The position numbers and the translations under genes are program-made. A DNA stretch of 64,000 bases, taken from an uncultured delta proteobacterium (GTDB lineage: Bacteria; Myxococcota; Myxococcia; Myxococcales; Myxococcaceae). Where the stretch lies: positions 3,328,001 to 3,392,000 of the forward strand of contig CAWCKH010000004.1 of NCBI GenBank assembly GCA_963796055.1. Reading direction: 5' to 3'. The notes under the pieces are model-generated. The model saw only the letters and a program-made list of their open reading frames with translations. It was not told the DNA's origin and did not search any database. Of this stretch, positions 56,801 to 64,000 are shown one piece after another. The first letter of the stretch is position 1. Each line of letters begins with the position of its first letter.

Positions 56801-57092
56801 CGGGGAGCTCACCGCCGAGGACCGGGCGAAATACCGCGACGAGCTGGAGCGGCTCGCGGCGCCGCTCGAGCAGCGCGCGCTCGACACCCTGAAGAAGGGG
56901 CTGGCCAAGGCCTACGAGCTGGGCGTCTACACCGACTGGACGCTGCAGGCGCAGGACGACGTGAACGCGATCCAGCCGGGGACGTACCCGCCCAAGACAC
57001 GGGTGGCGCTCCGCGCGCCGGATCCGGCCGCTCCGCTCGCTGCCCCCGAGGGCTCCGCGCCGGTGGCGGTGGGAAAGGGAACGGAGCGATGA
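53877..57092 (+). CDS. nfsD: Large TPR protein, NfsD/GltD-like
   Basis: LLFQLGEAYWEKS, DEVLFSLA, YATYKLAWC, C-terminal AYELGVYTDWT. Confidence 0.75.
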   Translation: MTAVAWRGAWMGLAVWAAAWSLAARAATEHPGPGERSGPAVFRLELSDSQREQLTEAKREELIVQLETLVRRFPDDSPRKPDLLFQLGEAYWEKSKALRRTETEAAGGATKADHRPSEAVRTRAMEAYARLLTTFPKYQRRDEVLFSLAYDLEDVGRGDEAVDRYRALIRDFPRSRYAPDAWLELGNHAFDKGNLAAAQDAYQHAARIGSARVRNYATYKLAWCDFNLGEFEGAREKLAGVVDGSAGGTKTMLDLRTEALVDLTRVYVRLDRPQDALAYFQRNTQGAERRKLVTRLANTLAEAGALQGALRVYKAALEAEPLAPEAASWQQAVVRVHDGLHDREQVRVEAQRLAEMCHPGTRWWMANAGAPQSLRAGFEAAEEGLRTLATSYHQEAQRTGSPRTYRLAADVYRAYLSAFARDADPEWTSDHAFNMSFYAAEIAWALGDWRAAAEQYERVVGFRIPDRPTAREVSDQRYRATAAYDAVLAWDRLVDAEHGHADAAPTRVNDREGKGGLRTRTATAATTAVPLTEAERGLVAACDRYADRFPDGKDALDIRYQAAVVFFERGQTPAALDRFARLIALAPDSDRARQAADLTLHVLEAKGDWLALNAKAQEYARNGALARPGTDFARRVTKVAEASRYAWVSEVVHKQQHQDARAAEEFLRFADDYPRSDHAAQALTYAMALLEEQGQLQRAVEVGHRALTQYPGTPLRLKLAHGLADLSAQLGDFRQAAEASEAFVAAYERARAGRDGPRIDPALLDEAQGWVAPAQGEAGTYWAAVGKTERAIAAYQAYLHRFPARRDASDVALAMGRLQESLGRLSTAAEAYEKAGTLAAANATARRFEAMGLQLQVLRKARQQGRARAVQQRVRQLWAGLGPEARKDPAVVSTYAQLVFDDAEPLFEQYRRIDFARTRTVQADLARKRASLRSLEQAYVAVVSTGDAKAGIAALTRIGEAYADFASKIRQAPTPGELTAEDRAKYRDELERLAAPLEQRALDTLKKGLAKAYELGVYTDWTLQAQDDVNAIQPGTYPPKTRVALRAPDPAAPLAAPEGSAPVAVGKGTER

Positions 57093-58453
57093 ACCGCAGG
57101 CTCCTGTCTGTCCTGCTCGCGGGCGCGCTCCTCTCCGCATGCGCGGGCTCGCGCGCGGCGGGTCCGGACGGCCCGTCCACGGCCGTGGGGGCTGCCCAGG
57201 CCAGCGCCGCTGGCGGACCGACCGCCGCCGAGGGTGCCCGGCCGGGGACCGGGGCGACTGGGGTTCCGACCTCGTCCGAGGCCCCGGAGCCCGCAGGAGC
57301 CCCCGCTCGGCCCCGAAGCGCCGCCCCGGCAGCCTCGTCCTCCGAGCGCGCGCAGCGCCCCGACGGCCCACTGGCCGAGGGCATCGAGGCCTTCCGGACC
57401 GGCCACTGGCGGAGGGCGGCCGATGCCTTCCGGGAGGCCCTCCGCCGCGACCCGGACGACGTCGATGCCCGGTTCAACCTCGCGCTGACCGAGGAGCGAC
57501 TCGGCGCAGCGGACCGCGCCCGATCTGCGTACCAGGCGGCGCTGAAGCTCGACCCGGAACATCTGCCGTCGCTGGTGAATCTCGCCCGGCTCGAGCGGCA
57601 GACCGGGCGGGCGGAGCGGGCGGCCGAGCTGCTGGAGGCAGCGACCCGCCGGCCGGTGCTCGGCTCGGAGCCCGGCCTCTGGGTCCAGCTGTCGATGACC
57701 GAACGGGTGGCGGGAAACCTCGCGGAAGCCGAGCGGGCTGCCCGGCACGCGTTGAGCCTGCGGCGGGACCCTGGTGCGTACGAGGCGCTGGCGCTGGTGT
57801 CGAGCGCCCGCGGACAGGACCGCGAGGCACAGCTGCTCGCCGCCTCGGCCCTGCGGCTCGACGAGCGGCGTGCCTCCACCCACGTGACGCTCGGCCTGGT
57901 GGCGTACCGCCTGGGGGAGGTGGGCCGGGCCCGCGCGGAGTTCGACCGCGCGGCCGCGCTGGACCCTGGCTCTGCGGACGCCTGGGCCAACCTCGGGGCG
58001 CTGGCGCTCGGGTGGCGCGACTACGCGGGGGCCGAGCGCGCGTACCGGCGCGCGACTGTGCTCGAGCCGTGGTCGGTGGACTCGCGCCTCCACCTCGCCG
58101 AGGCGCTGACAGCGCAGGGCGGGGACGATCCGGCGAAGGCGACCGCCGCGGCCGCCGCCTACCGCGAGGTGCTCTCCCGGTCGCCCGACCGCCCCGAGGC
58201 CATCTGCGGCGCCGGCTGGGCCCTGGCGCACGACCGGAGCGCCGCGGTCGAGGCCGCGAAGCTGCTCCGGAGGTGCCGTGGGCTGCCGGATACCCTGGAG
58301 GCCGAGCGGCGGCGGATTGACGGCCGGCTGTCACTGCTCGAGTCCCTGGCCCGCGCCCCGGCCTCGCCGGCGGCTGGCCCGGAACCTGCTTCCCCCGGGA
58401 GCTCCAACCGTAGCGCGAGGGAGCAGGCCGGGCAGACGGGGGGGGGCCGGTGA
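57089..58453 (+). CDS. nfsE: TPR lipoprotein, NfsE/GltE-like
   Basis: Lipobox LSAC followed by TPR repeats. Confidence 0.72.
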   Translation: MNRRLLSVLLAGALLSACAGSRAAGPDGPSTAVGAAQASAAGGPTAAEGARPGTGATGVPTSSEAPEPAGAPARPRSAAPAASSSERAQRPDGPLAEGIEAFRTGHWRRAADAFREALRRDPDDVDARFNLALTEERLGAADRARSAYQAALKLDPEHLPSLVNLARLERQTGRAERAAELLEAATRRPVLGSEPGLWVQLSMTERVAGNLAEAERAARHALSLRRDPGAYEALALVSSARGQDREAQLLAASALRLDERRASTHVTLGLVAYRLGEVGRARAEFDRAAALDPGSADAWANLGALALGWRDYAGAERAYRRATVLEPWSVDSRLHLAEALTAQGGDDPAKATAAAAAYREVLSRSPDRPEAICGAGWALAHDRSAAVEAAKLLRRCRGLPDTLEAERRRIDGRLSLLESLARAPASPAAGPEPASPGSSNRSAREQAGQTGGGR

Positions 58454-58506
58454 TTTCTACAGCCGGAGGCCGGAAACGGGTGGTGGGACGGGGCTTGGAG
58501 GCGGCG

Positions 58507-58770
58507 ATGCGGCGATGGTGGATGGGAGCCCTGCTCGGACTGGCGGCGACGGCGCACGCCGAGGACCGGGTGGTTCGCGAGTCGGACCGGACGGTGGTCC
58601 GCAAGGAGACCCGGATCGACTTCGCGGACCAGACGCTGGAGGGCAACATCGTCCGACCCGAGGGCAACTACATCCTCGACCGCAACCGGACCCGCTTCGA
58701 GAGCCTGGTGCGGCTACGTCCGAACTTCGAGCGCGAGCTCCGCGCCTCCACCGACGGGCTGCGGCGATGA
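58507..58770 (+). CDS. nfsF: Small exported protein, NfsF/GltF (CglF)-like
   Basis: IDFADQTLEGNIVRPEG..FESLVRLRPNFERE. Confidence 0.78.
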   Translation: MRRWWMGALLGLAATAHAEDRVVRESDRTVVRKETRIDFADQTLEGNIVRPEGNYILDRNRTRFESLVRLRPNFERELRASTDGLRR

Positions 58771-60668
58771 GCGATGGCGTGCCGGTCACCCTCCGGCTCA
58801 CCACGGCCGAGGGAGTCGTGCGGGACGTCTCCCTGAACGAGGAGATGTTGATCCTCGGCTCGGGTCCAGCAGCGGGGCTCCGCGTGCACGACCCGGCGGT
58901 GTCGAGCCTGCATCTGTTGCTCAAGCGTCACCGCGACGCGCTGCTGGCCATCGACCTGGCGAGCGAGGCCGGGACCCAGGTGGGCGACAGCCCCCTGCAG
59001 GCGCCCCGCGTGCTCCGGCACGAGGACGTGATCCGGCTCGGTCGCTCGCGCCTCACCATCTACTTCGGGGCTGCTCCGGCCATCGCTCCGGCCGTGCCCT
59101 CCCACCCGGGGCTGCCGCGACACGAGCCGTTCGTCGCCCGCGGGTCCATGCCTGCACCGGCGCCGCGGGTCCACGGGACCGCGGCGCTGGCGATCGACCG
59201 GATGTCCGTGCCCCGGGTATTGCCGGTCAGGCATGCGGCGGTGCCCCGCGCCGAGGCGAGCGCCTGGAGGTTGCTGCTGGGCCCGCTCCCGGCCGCTCTC
59301 GCCCCCACCGAGAAGCACCGCATCCTCCAGGCGGCGCTGGTCTGGGGGGACCAGCTCCTCGGGGTGGAGCACCTGCCGGCTGCGCAGCCGCTCACCGTCG
59401 GCGAAGCCGCGGAGGAGTCTACCTTCCAGGTCTTCCACCCCGGCCTGGGCAAGGCGTTCGAGCTGGCCCGGGTGGACCACGGCCAGCTCCGGGTCACGGT
59501 GCCCGAGGGTGCGGAGTGGACCGTCTTCGACGGCACCCACCCGGTGGCCATCGCCGACATCCGCGACGAGGGGCGCCTGAAGCTCGGGGCGGCTGGCTCG
59601 GAGGTGCTGCTGCCGCGGCTGCGGGAATCGGTGCGGATCCGCTTCGGCCGCCTGTCGCTGCTGCTCCGCTGGGTGCGTCCCCCGCGCCGTGCTGGTGTCC
59701 TGCCGGGCGGCTGGGAGACGCTGCGTTTCACCACCATGCTCCTGGGGAGCGCCGCGCTGCTCGGGACGCTGATCTTCGCCATCCAGACGGCGCCACCGGT
59801 GAAGCCCCGCTCGTGGGAATCGCTGGCCGACAGCCAGCACTGGATCTCGCTGGTGCGGCGTCCCCCGCCGCCTCCGCCCGGCCCCAAGGCAGGGGAGAAG
59901 AAGGAGGACGCCGGGGCAGAGGAGGGAAAGGCCGCGCCGGACGAGGCGGGCAAGGTGGGCAAGCAGGACGCCACGCAGAAGGAGGCGGAAGCTTCGAAGA
60001 AGGGGAGCCCCGCGGTGGATCCACAGATGCGGGAGGCGAACCGGACACGGGCATTCCGGAGCGGGCTGCTCGGAGCCCTCAAGGGCCAGGCGATGTCCGA
60101 CGTGCTCGGGCCGGGGACCGCGGGCACGGGGATGAACCAGGCCATCGGCGGGCTGCGGGTGGGGACCGCCGAGGCCGGGACGCAGCAGGGATTTGGCGGC
60201 ATGGGCGCCCGGGGAATGGGGTTCGGTGGCGGCGGCGAGGGGCTCGGCATCGGGGGTGCCGGAACGGTGGGAATGGGCCAGGGCTCGGGCGGCTACGGCC
60301 GGGTGGACCTGGGCGGCCGCAAGAAGGATTCGGTCCGCATCGTTCCCGGGCAGACCACGGTGGTGGGCGGACTGGCGCGCGAGGTGATCGCCCGGGTCAT
60401 CCAGGAGCACCAGAGCGAGATCAAGTACTGCTACGAGGTGCAGCTGAACCGGAACCCGTCGCTGGCCGGGAAGGTGACGGTGCTCTTCACCATCGACGGC
60501 ACCGGGGCGGTGGCCGACAGCCAGGTCTCGGAGACCACGCTGCACAACACCGACACCGAGAAATGCATGCTGGCGAAGATCCGCCGCTGGAAGTTCCCCG
60601 AGCCGGCCGGCAACGGCATCGTGAAGGTGAACTTCCCCTGGATCTTCAAGCGGGCGGGCACCGACTGA
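58767..60668 (+). CDS. nfsG: FHA-TM-TonB_C protein, NfsG/GltG (PglI)-like
   Basis: FHA-like N-terminus, WGDQLL, TM, Gly-rich linker, IKYCYE..RWKFPEP..VNFPW. Confidence 0.8.
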   Translation: MSDGVPVTLRLTTAEGVVRDVSLNEEMLILGSGPAAGLRVHDPAVSSLHLLLKRHRDALLAIDLASEAGTQVGDSPLQAPRVLRHEDVIRLGRSRLTIYFGAAPAIAPAVPSHPGLPRHEPFVARGSMPAPAPRVHGTAALAIDRMSVPRVLPVRHAAVPRAEASAWRLLLGPLPAALAPTEKHRILQAALVWGDQLLGVEHLPAAQPLTVGEAAEESTFQVFHPGLGKAFELARVDHGQLRVTVPEGAEWTVFDGTHPVAIADIRDEGRLKLGAAGSEVLLPRLRESVRIRFGRLSLLLRWVRPPRRAGVLPGGWETLRFTTMLLGSAALLGTLIFAIQTAPPVKPRSWESLADSQHWISLVRRPPPPPPGPKAGEKKEDAGAEEGKAAPDEAGKVGKQDATQKEAEASKKGSPAVDPQMREANRTRAFRSGLLGALKGQAMSDVLGPGTAGTGMNQAIGGLRVGTAEAGTQQGFGGMGARGMGFGGGGEGLGIGGAGTVGMGQGSGGYGRVDLGGRKKDSVRIVPGQTTVVGGLAREVIARVIQEHQSEIKYCYEVQLNRNPSLAGKVTVLFTIDGTGAVADSQVSETTLHNTDTEKCMLAKIRRWKFPEPAGNGIVKVNFPWIFKRAGTD

Positions 60669-60702
60669 CGTTCAGCGCGCAGGGGCGCGCCAGCGATCGG
60701 GC

Positions 60703-61260
60703 TCAGGGCCGGACCGCGGCCAGCAGCGACTGGACCAGCACCCGCTCGGTTTGCTCGTGCATGCCCTTGGTGTTGTAGTTGTTGCTGGTGATGGCGAAGG
60801 CCAGGTCCAGCTCCGGAACCAGGCCGACCTTGTTCCCGCCGTTTCCGGAGGCGTCGATCGGCGATCCAGGCCGGGTCGAGCACGCGCTCGCCGCGCCACT
60901 GGCCCCGGTCCAGGGCGAGCTGCGCCGGGGCGAGCAGGTCGCGCCCCCGGAGCCTGAGTCCGCCCCCGGTCTGGACCGTCTGCTGCGGCGACCGCACCCA
61001 CTGCAGCCGCTCGATGCCGAGCGGATGTCCAGCGGCTCGTGCACCGCGCGCTCGAGCAGGAACCCCAGGGTGGCGACGCCGGCGGTGCAGTACCGGAAGC
61101 TCCGCCCGTACTTGCTCTGCTCGGGCCGGGGGTTGAACGAGGGAAAGCCCTGGACGGGAAGGTCGAGGAAGAACTTCGGCCAGTCCTCGACCAGGTACAT
61201 CCGCTCCTCGTTTCCGCGGCTGAACTGGTTCCAGTCGTCGCACTCCAGGAGCGAGCGGAC
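60703..61260 (-). pseudogene. Remnant of a beta-lactamase-family serine hydrolase
   Basis: ECDDWN, FRYCTAG and GNGGNK in one frame; GGGLRLRGRD..GQWRGERVL..WI in another; N-terminal SxxK region absent. Confidence 0.7.
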
Positions 61261-61313
61261 CCCCTTGGGACGGTGGTGCCCAGGGGACGGGTGACCGGGG
61301 CCTCGATTGCCCT

Positions 61314-63161
61314 TCAGCCGGAGGCGAGCTGATCGCGTTTCCGGTCCCGGTCTGCCTTGTACCGCTCGCCGGTGGCCAGCACGCGCTTGCGCATCCGGAC
61401 CGACTTCGGCGTGACCTCGACCAGCTCGTCGGGGGCGATCCACTCCAGTGCCCGCTCGAGCGACATCTCCCGGGGCGTGGTGAGGATGACGTTCTCGTCG
61501 CGGCCGGCGGCACGGATGTTGGTGAGCTTCTTCTCCCGGCAGGCGTTGACGTTGAGGTCCGAGGGGTGGGCGTTCTCGCCGATGATCATCCCCTCGTAGA
61601 CCTGGACACCGGCGCCGACGAAGAGCGTGCCGCGCTCCTGGATGGAGAACAGCGCGTAGGGCACGGTGTCGCCCTGCCGGTCGGAGACGATGGCCCCGTT
61701 GCTGCGCTTGGGGATGTATCCGAACCAGGGCTCGTAGCCGTCGAACTGCGAGGACATGATGCCCTCGCCGCGGGTGATGGTGAGGAACTCGCTCCGGAAG
61801 CCGACCAGCCCGCGCGCCGGGATGCGGAAGGTGAGCCGGGTCCGGCCGCTGCCGAGCGCGCTCATGTCGGTCATCCGGCCCTTCCGCGGTCCGAGCCGCT
61901 CGGTCACCGCGCCCACCGAGGCCTCGGGGACGTCGCAGACCATCAGCTCCATCGGTTCGTGGATCTGCCCGTCCACCTCGCGGGTGAGGGGCTCCGGGTT
62001 GCTGGCGGTGAGCTCATACCCCTCGCGGCGCATCGTCTCGATGATGACCGCCAGCTGCAACTCGCCGCGGCCGACCACCCGGAAGGCGTCCGGGGTCTCG
62101 GTGTCCTCCACCCGGATGGACACGTTCCGGTACGCCTCGCGGTACAGGCGCTCGCGGAGATTTCGGGAGGTGACGTACTTCCCCTCGCGACCGGCGAGCG
62201 GACCGTCATTGACCCGGAAGACCATCATCATGGTGGGCTCGTCCACCGTGATCCGGGGGAGAGCGACGGGCGACTCCGGATCGGCCAGGGTGTCGCCGAT
62301 GCTCACCCCCTCGATCCCGGCGACGCTGACCAGCTCGCCGGGCCCGGCGTCGTCGATCTCCACCCGCTTCAGGCCGCTGAAGCCGTAGAGCTTGAGGACC
62401 TTGCCCTGCTCGACCTTGTTCCCCTCGCGCACCACCGCCAGTGGCGCGCCGGAGACGATGCGGCCCGAGTGCACCCGCCCGATGGCCAGACGGCCCACGT
62501 AGTCGTCGTAGTCCAGGTTGGCGACCAGCAGGCGCAGCCGGTCCTCGCCCTCCGCCGGGGCCGGCGGAGGTGGAATGTGAGAGAGGATCGACTCGAACAG
62601 CGGCCGGAGGTCCGTTCCCGGCTGGGCGAGCGACGGAGAGGCCTGGCCCTGGCGGGCGACGGCATACAGCACCGGGAAATCGATCTGCGATTCGTCCGCC
62701 CCGAGGTCGATGTACAGCGAGTAGACCTGGTCCAGCACCTCGCGGGGGCGGGCGTCCTGTCGGTCGATCTTGTTGATCACCAGCACCGTCTTCAGGCCCA
62801 TCGCCAGCGCCTTGGAGAGCACGAAGCGGGTCTGGGGAAGGGGGCCCTCGGCGGCGTCGACCAGGAGCAGCACCCCGTCCACCAGCCGGAGCCCCCGCTC
62901 GACCTCACCCCCGAAGTCGGCGTGGCCCGGGGTGTCGATGATGTTGATCTGGTGCCCGCGGTACTGAACCGCGGTGTTCTTGGCCAGGATGGTGATGCCC
63001 TTCTCGCGCTCGAGGTCGTTCGAGTCCATGACCCGCTCGACCAGGGCCTCGTTGGAGCGGAACACGCCCGCCTGGCGCAGCATGTGGTCGACCAGGGTGG
63101 TCTTCCCGTGATCGACGTGGGCCACGATGGCCACGTTCCGGATGTTCTCGCGGGGAATCAT
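61314..63161 (-). CDS. typA: Translational GTPase TypA/BipA
   Basis: [38 protein letters not shown]. Confidence 0.97.
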   Translation of the reverse strand: MIPRENIRNVAIVAHVDHGKTTLVDHMLRQAGVFRSNEALVERVMDSNDLEREKGITILAKNTAVQYRGHQINIIDTPGHADFGGEVERGLRLVDGVLLLVDAAEGPLPQTRFVLSKALAMGLKTVLVINKIDRQDARPREVLDQVYSLYIDLGADESQIDFPVLYAVARQGQASPSLAQPGTDLRPLFESILSHIPPPPAPAEGEDRLRLLVANLDYDDYVGRLAIGRVHSGRIVSGAPLAVVREGNKVEQGKVLKLYGFSGLKRVEIDDAGPGELVSVAGIEGVSIGDTLADPESPVALPRITVDEPTMMMVFRVNDGPLAGREGKYVTSRNLRERLYREAYRNVSIRVEDTETPDAFRVVGRGELQLAVIIETMRREGYELTASNPEPLTREVDGQIHEPMELMVCDVPEASVGAVTERLGPRKGRMTDMSALGSGRTRLTFRIPARGLVGFRSEFLTITRGEGIMSSQFDGYEPWFGYIPKRSNGAIVSDRQGDTVPYALFSIQERGTLFVGAGVQVYEGMIIGENAHPSDLNVNACREKKLTNIRAAGRDENVILTTPREMSLERALEWIAPDELVEVTPKSVRMRKRVLATGERYKADRDRKRDQLASG

Positions 63162-63250
63162 GAAGGGCTGGCCGGGCGCTGCCGCGGCGCGGCGTGCTCA
63201 TAGCGTGTGCCCTCGCAGGTCCGCAACTTTGCCTTCCCGCAGGGCCCGCT

Positions 63251-64000
63251 TCAGTTGCGTGACGTGGACTCGACGACCCGGCGAATGGCCCCCTGGAGCA
63301 TCTCCAGGCTGATGGGCTTGGCCACCTGGGGCACCGGGGAGCTGCGGAGGAATTCCTCGCTCCGGGGGGTGAACGCGCCGCCGGTCATGAAGATCATCCG
63401 CTTCGCCTGGTCGGGGGCGACCCGGTGGAGCTCCTTGTAGAAGTCCTCGCCGTTCTGCTCCGGCATCATGAGGTCCGAGAGAATGACGTCGAACCGCTCT
63501 CCGGTCTCCAGCAGGGCCAGGGCCTCGCGCACGGTGGTGAGGGCGGTGACCCGGTGCTCGCGGCGGAGCAGGCGCTGGATGGCGGTGCAGATGTACGGCT
63601 CGTCGTCGACCACCAGGAGCTTCACCCGGGTCGGCAGCGGCAGCTCGGGCGCGGGGAAGACCACCGTCGACCGCTCGGGCTGGTGCGCCGGGAGTGCCAC
63701 CCGGAAGGTGCTGCCCTTGCCTACCTCGGACTCGAGGAGGATCTCGCCACCGAGCGAACGGACGATCCCCAGACAGATGGACAGCCCGAGCCCCGTGCCC
63801 TCGCCCACCGGCTTGGTGGTGAAGAACGGGTCGAACACCCGGGCCCGCAGCTCCTCGGGGATGCCCCGGCCGGTGTCGGACACCTCCACCACCGCTCGGC
63901 CCAGCCCGTCGGTCCGGGTGCGGATCCGGATCTCGTTCTCCGCGGCGGCGCCGTCGGGGATGGCCTGGGCGGCATTGAGGAGGAGGTTCAGGAACACTTG
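63251..64000 (-). CDS. Hybrid histidine kinase, C-terminal part (HATPase and receiver), 5' truncated by the window
   Basis: NLLLNAAQA, FFTTKPVGEGTGLGL, VVDDE, SDLMMP. Confidence 0.9.
   Translation of the reverse strand, partial: QVFLNLLLNAAQAIPDGAAAENEIRIRTRTDGLGRAVVEVSDTGRGIPEELRARVFDPFFTTKPVGEGTGLGLSICLGIVRSLGGEILLESEVGKGSTFRVALPAHQPERSTVVFPAPELPLPTRVKLLVVDDEPYICTAIQRLLRREHRVTALTTVREALALLETGERFDVILSDLMMPEQNGEDFYKELHRVAPDQAKRMIFMTGGAFTPRSEEFLRSSPVPQVAKPISLEMLQGAIRRVVESTSRN

Noticed and set aside
1..64000. CRISPR arrays, tRNA/rRNA genes, prophage or defence islands
   Set aside because: No regularly spaced repeats, cloverleaf or rRNA-like segments, or phage/defence genes seen by eye

Overview
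A GC-rich myxobacterial (Myxococcales-type) chromosomal window, mostly core and developmental genes. In order: RHH regulator, truA, GYF/AgmX-like protein, a stand-alone clpX, GT-C-like membrane protein, lidless Hsp70, PrkA, dCMP deaminase, an Nla6S/Nla6-like atypical kinase and sigma54 activator pair, ArsA-like ATPase, accA, cmk, a pilY1-fimU-pilV-pilW-pilX cluster, a sensor kinase, TPR-SLT, selA, MinD-like ATPase with a J/HTH partner, rluA-family gene, HD-GYP and HEAT proteins, an OPT transporter, a sigma32-family factor, an SLT-STAS-MoxR-DUF58-transglutaminase block, an orphan rplC, a seven-gene Nfs/Glt-like (A-G) envelope machine, a beta-lactamase-family remnant, typA and a partial hybrid kinase. 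The standout is a complete ~1.5 kb IS110-family (IS1111-type) element at 39419-40924. It has CTAG cores at both ends and 11-bp subterminal inverted repeats. Its 3' non-coding end folds into two internal-loop hairpins whose loop sequences match the reconstructed target site and the donor circle junction, which is the signature of a bridge/seek RNA. Three sigma54 promoters are visible (pilY1, sigma32, SLT). Three separate single-base insertions suggest residual sequencing errors. Gene-family calls and comparisons with M. xanthus come from motif recognition and recall, not from database searches.
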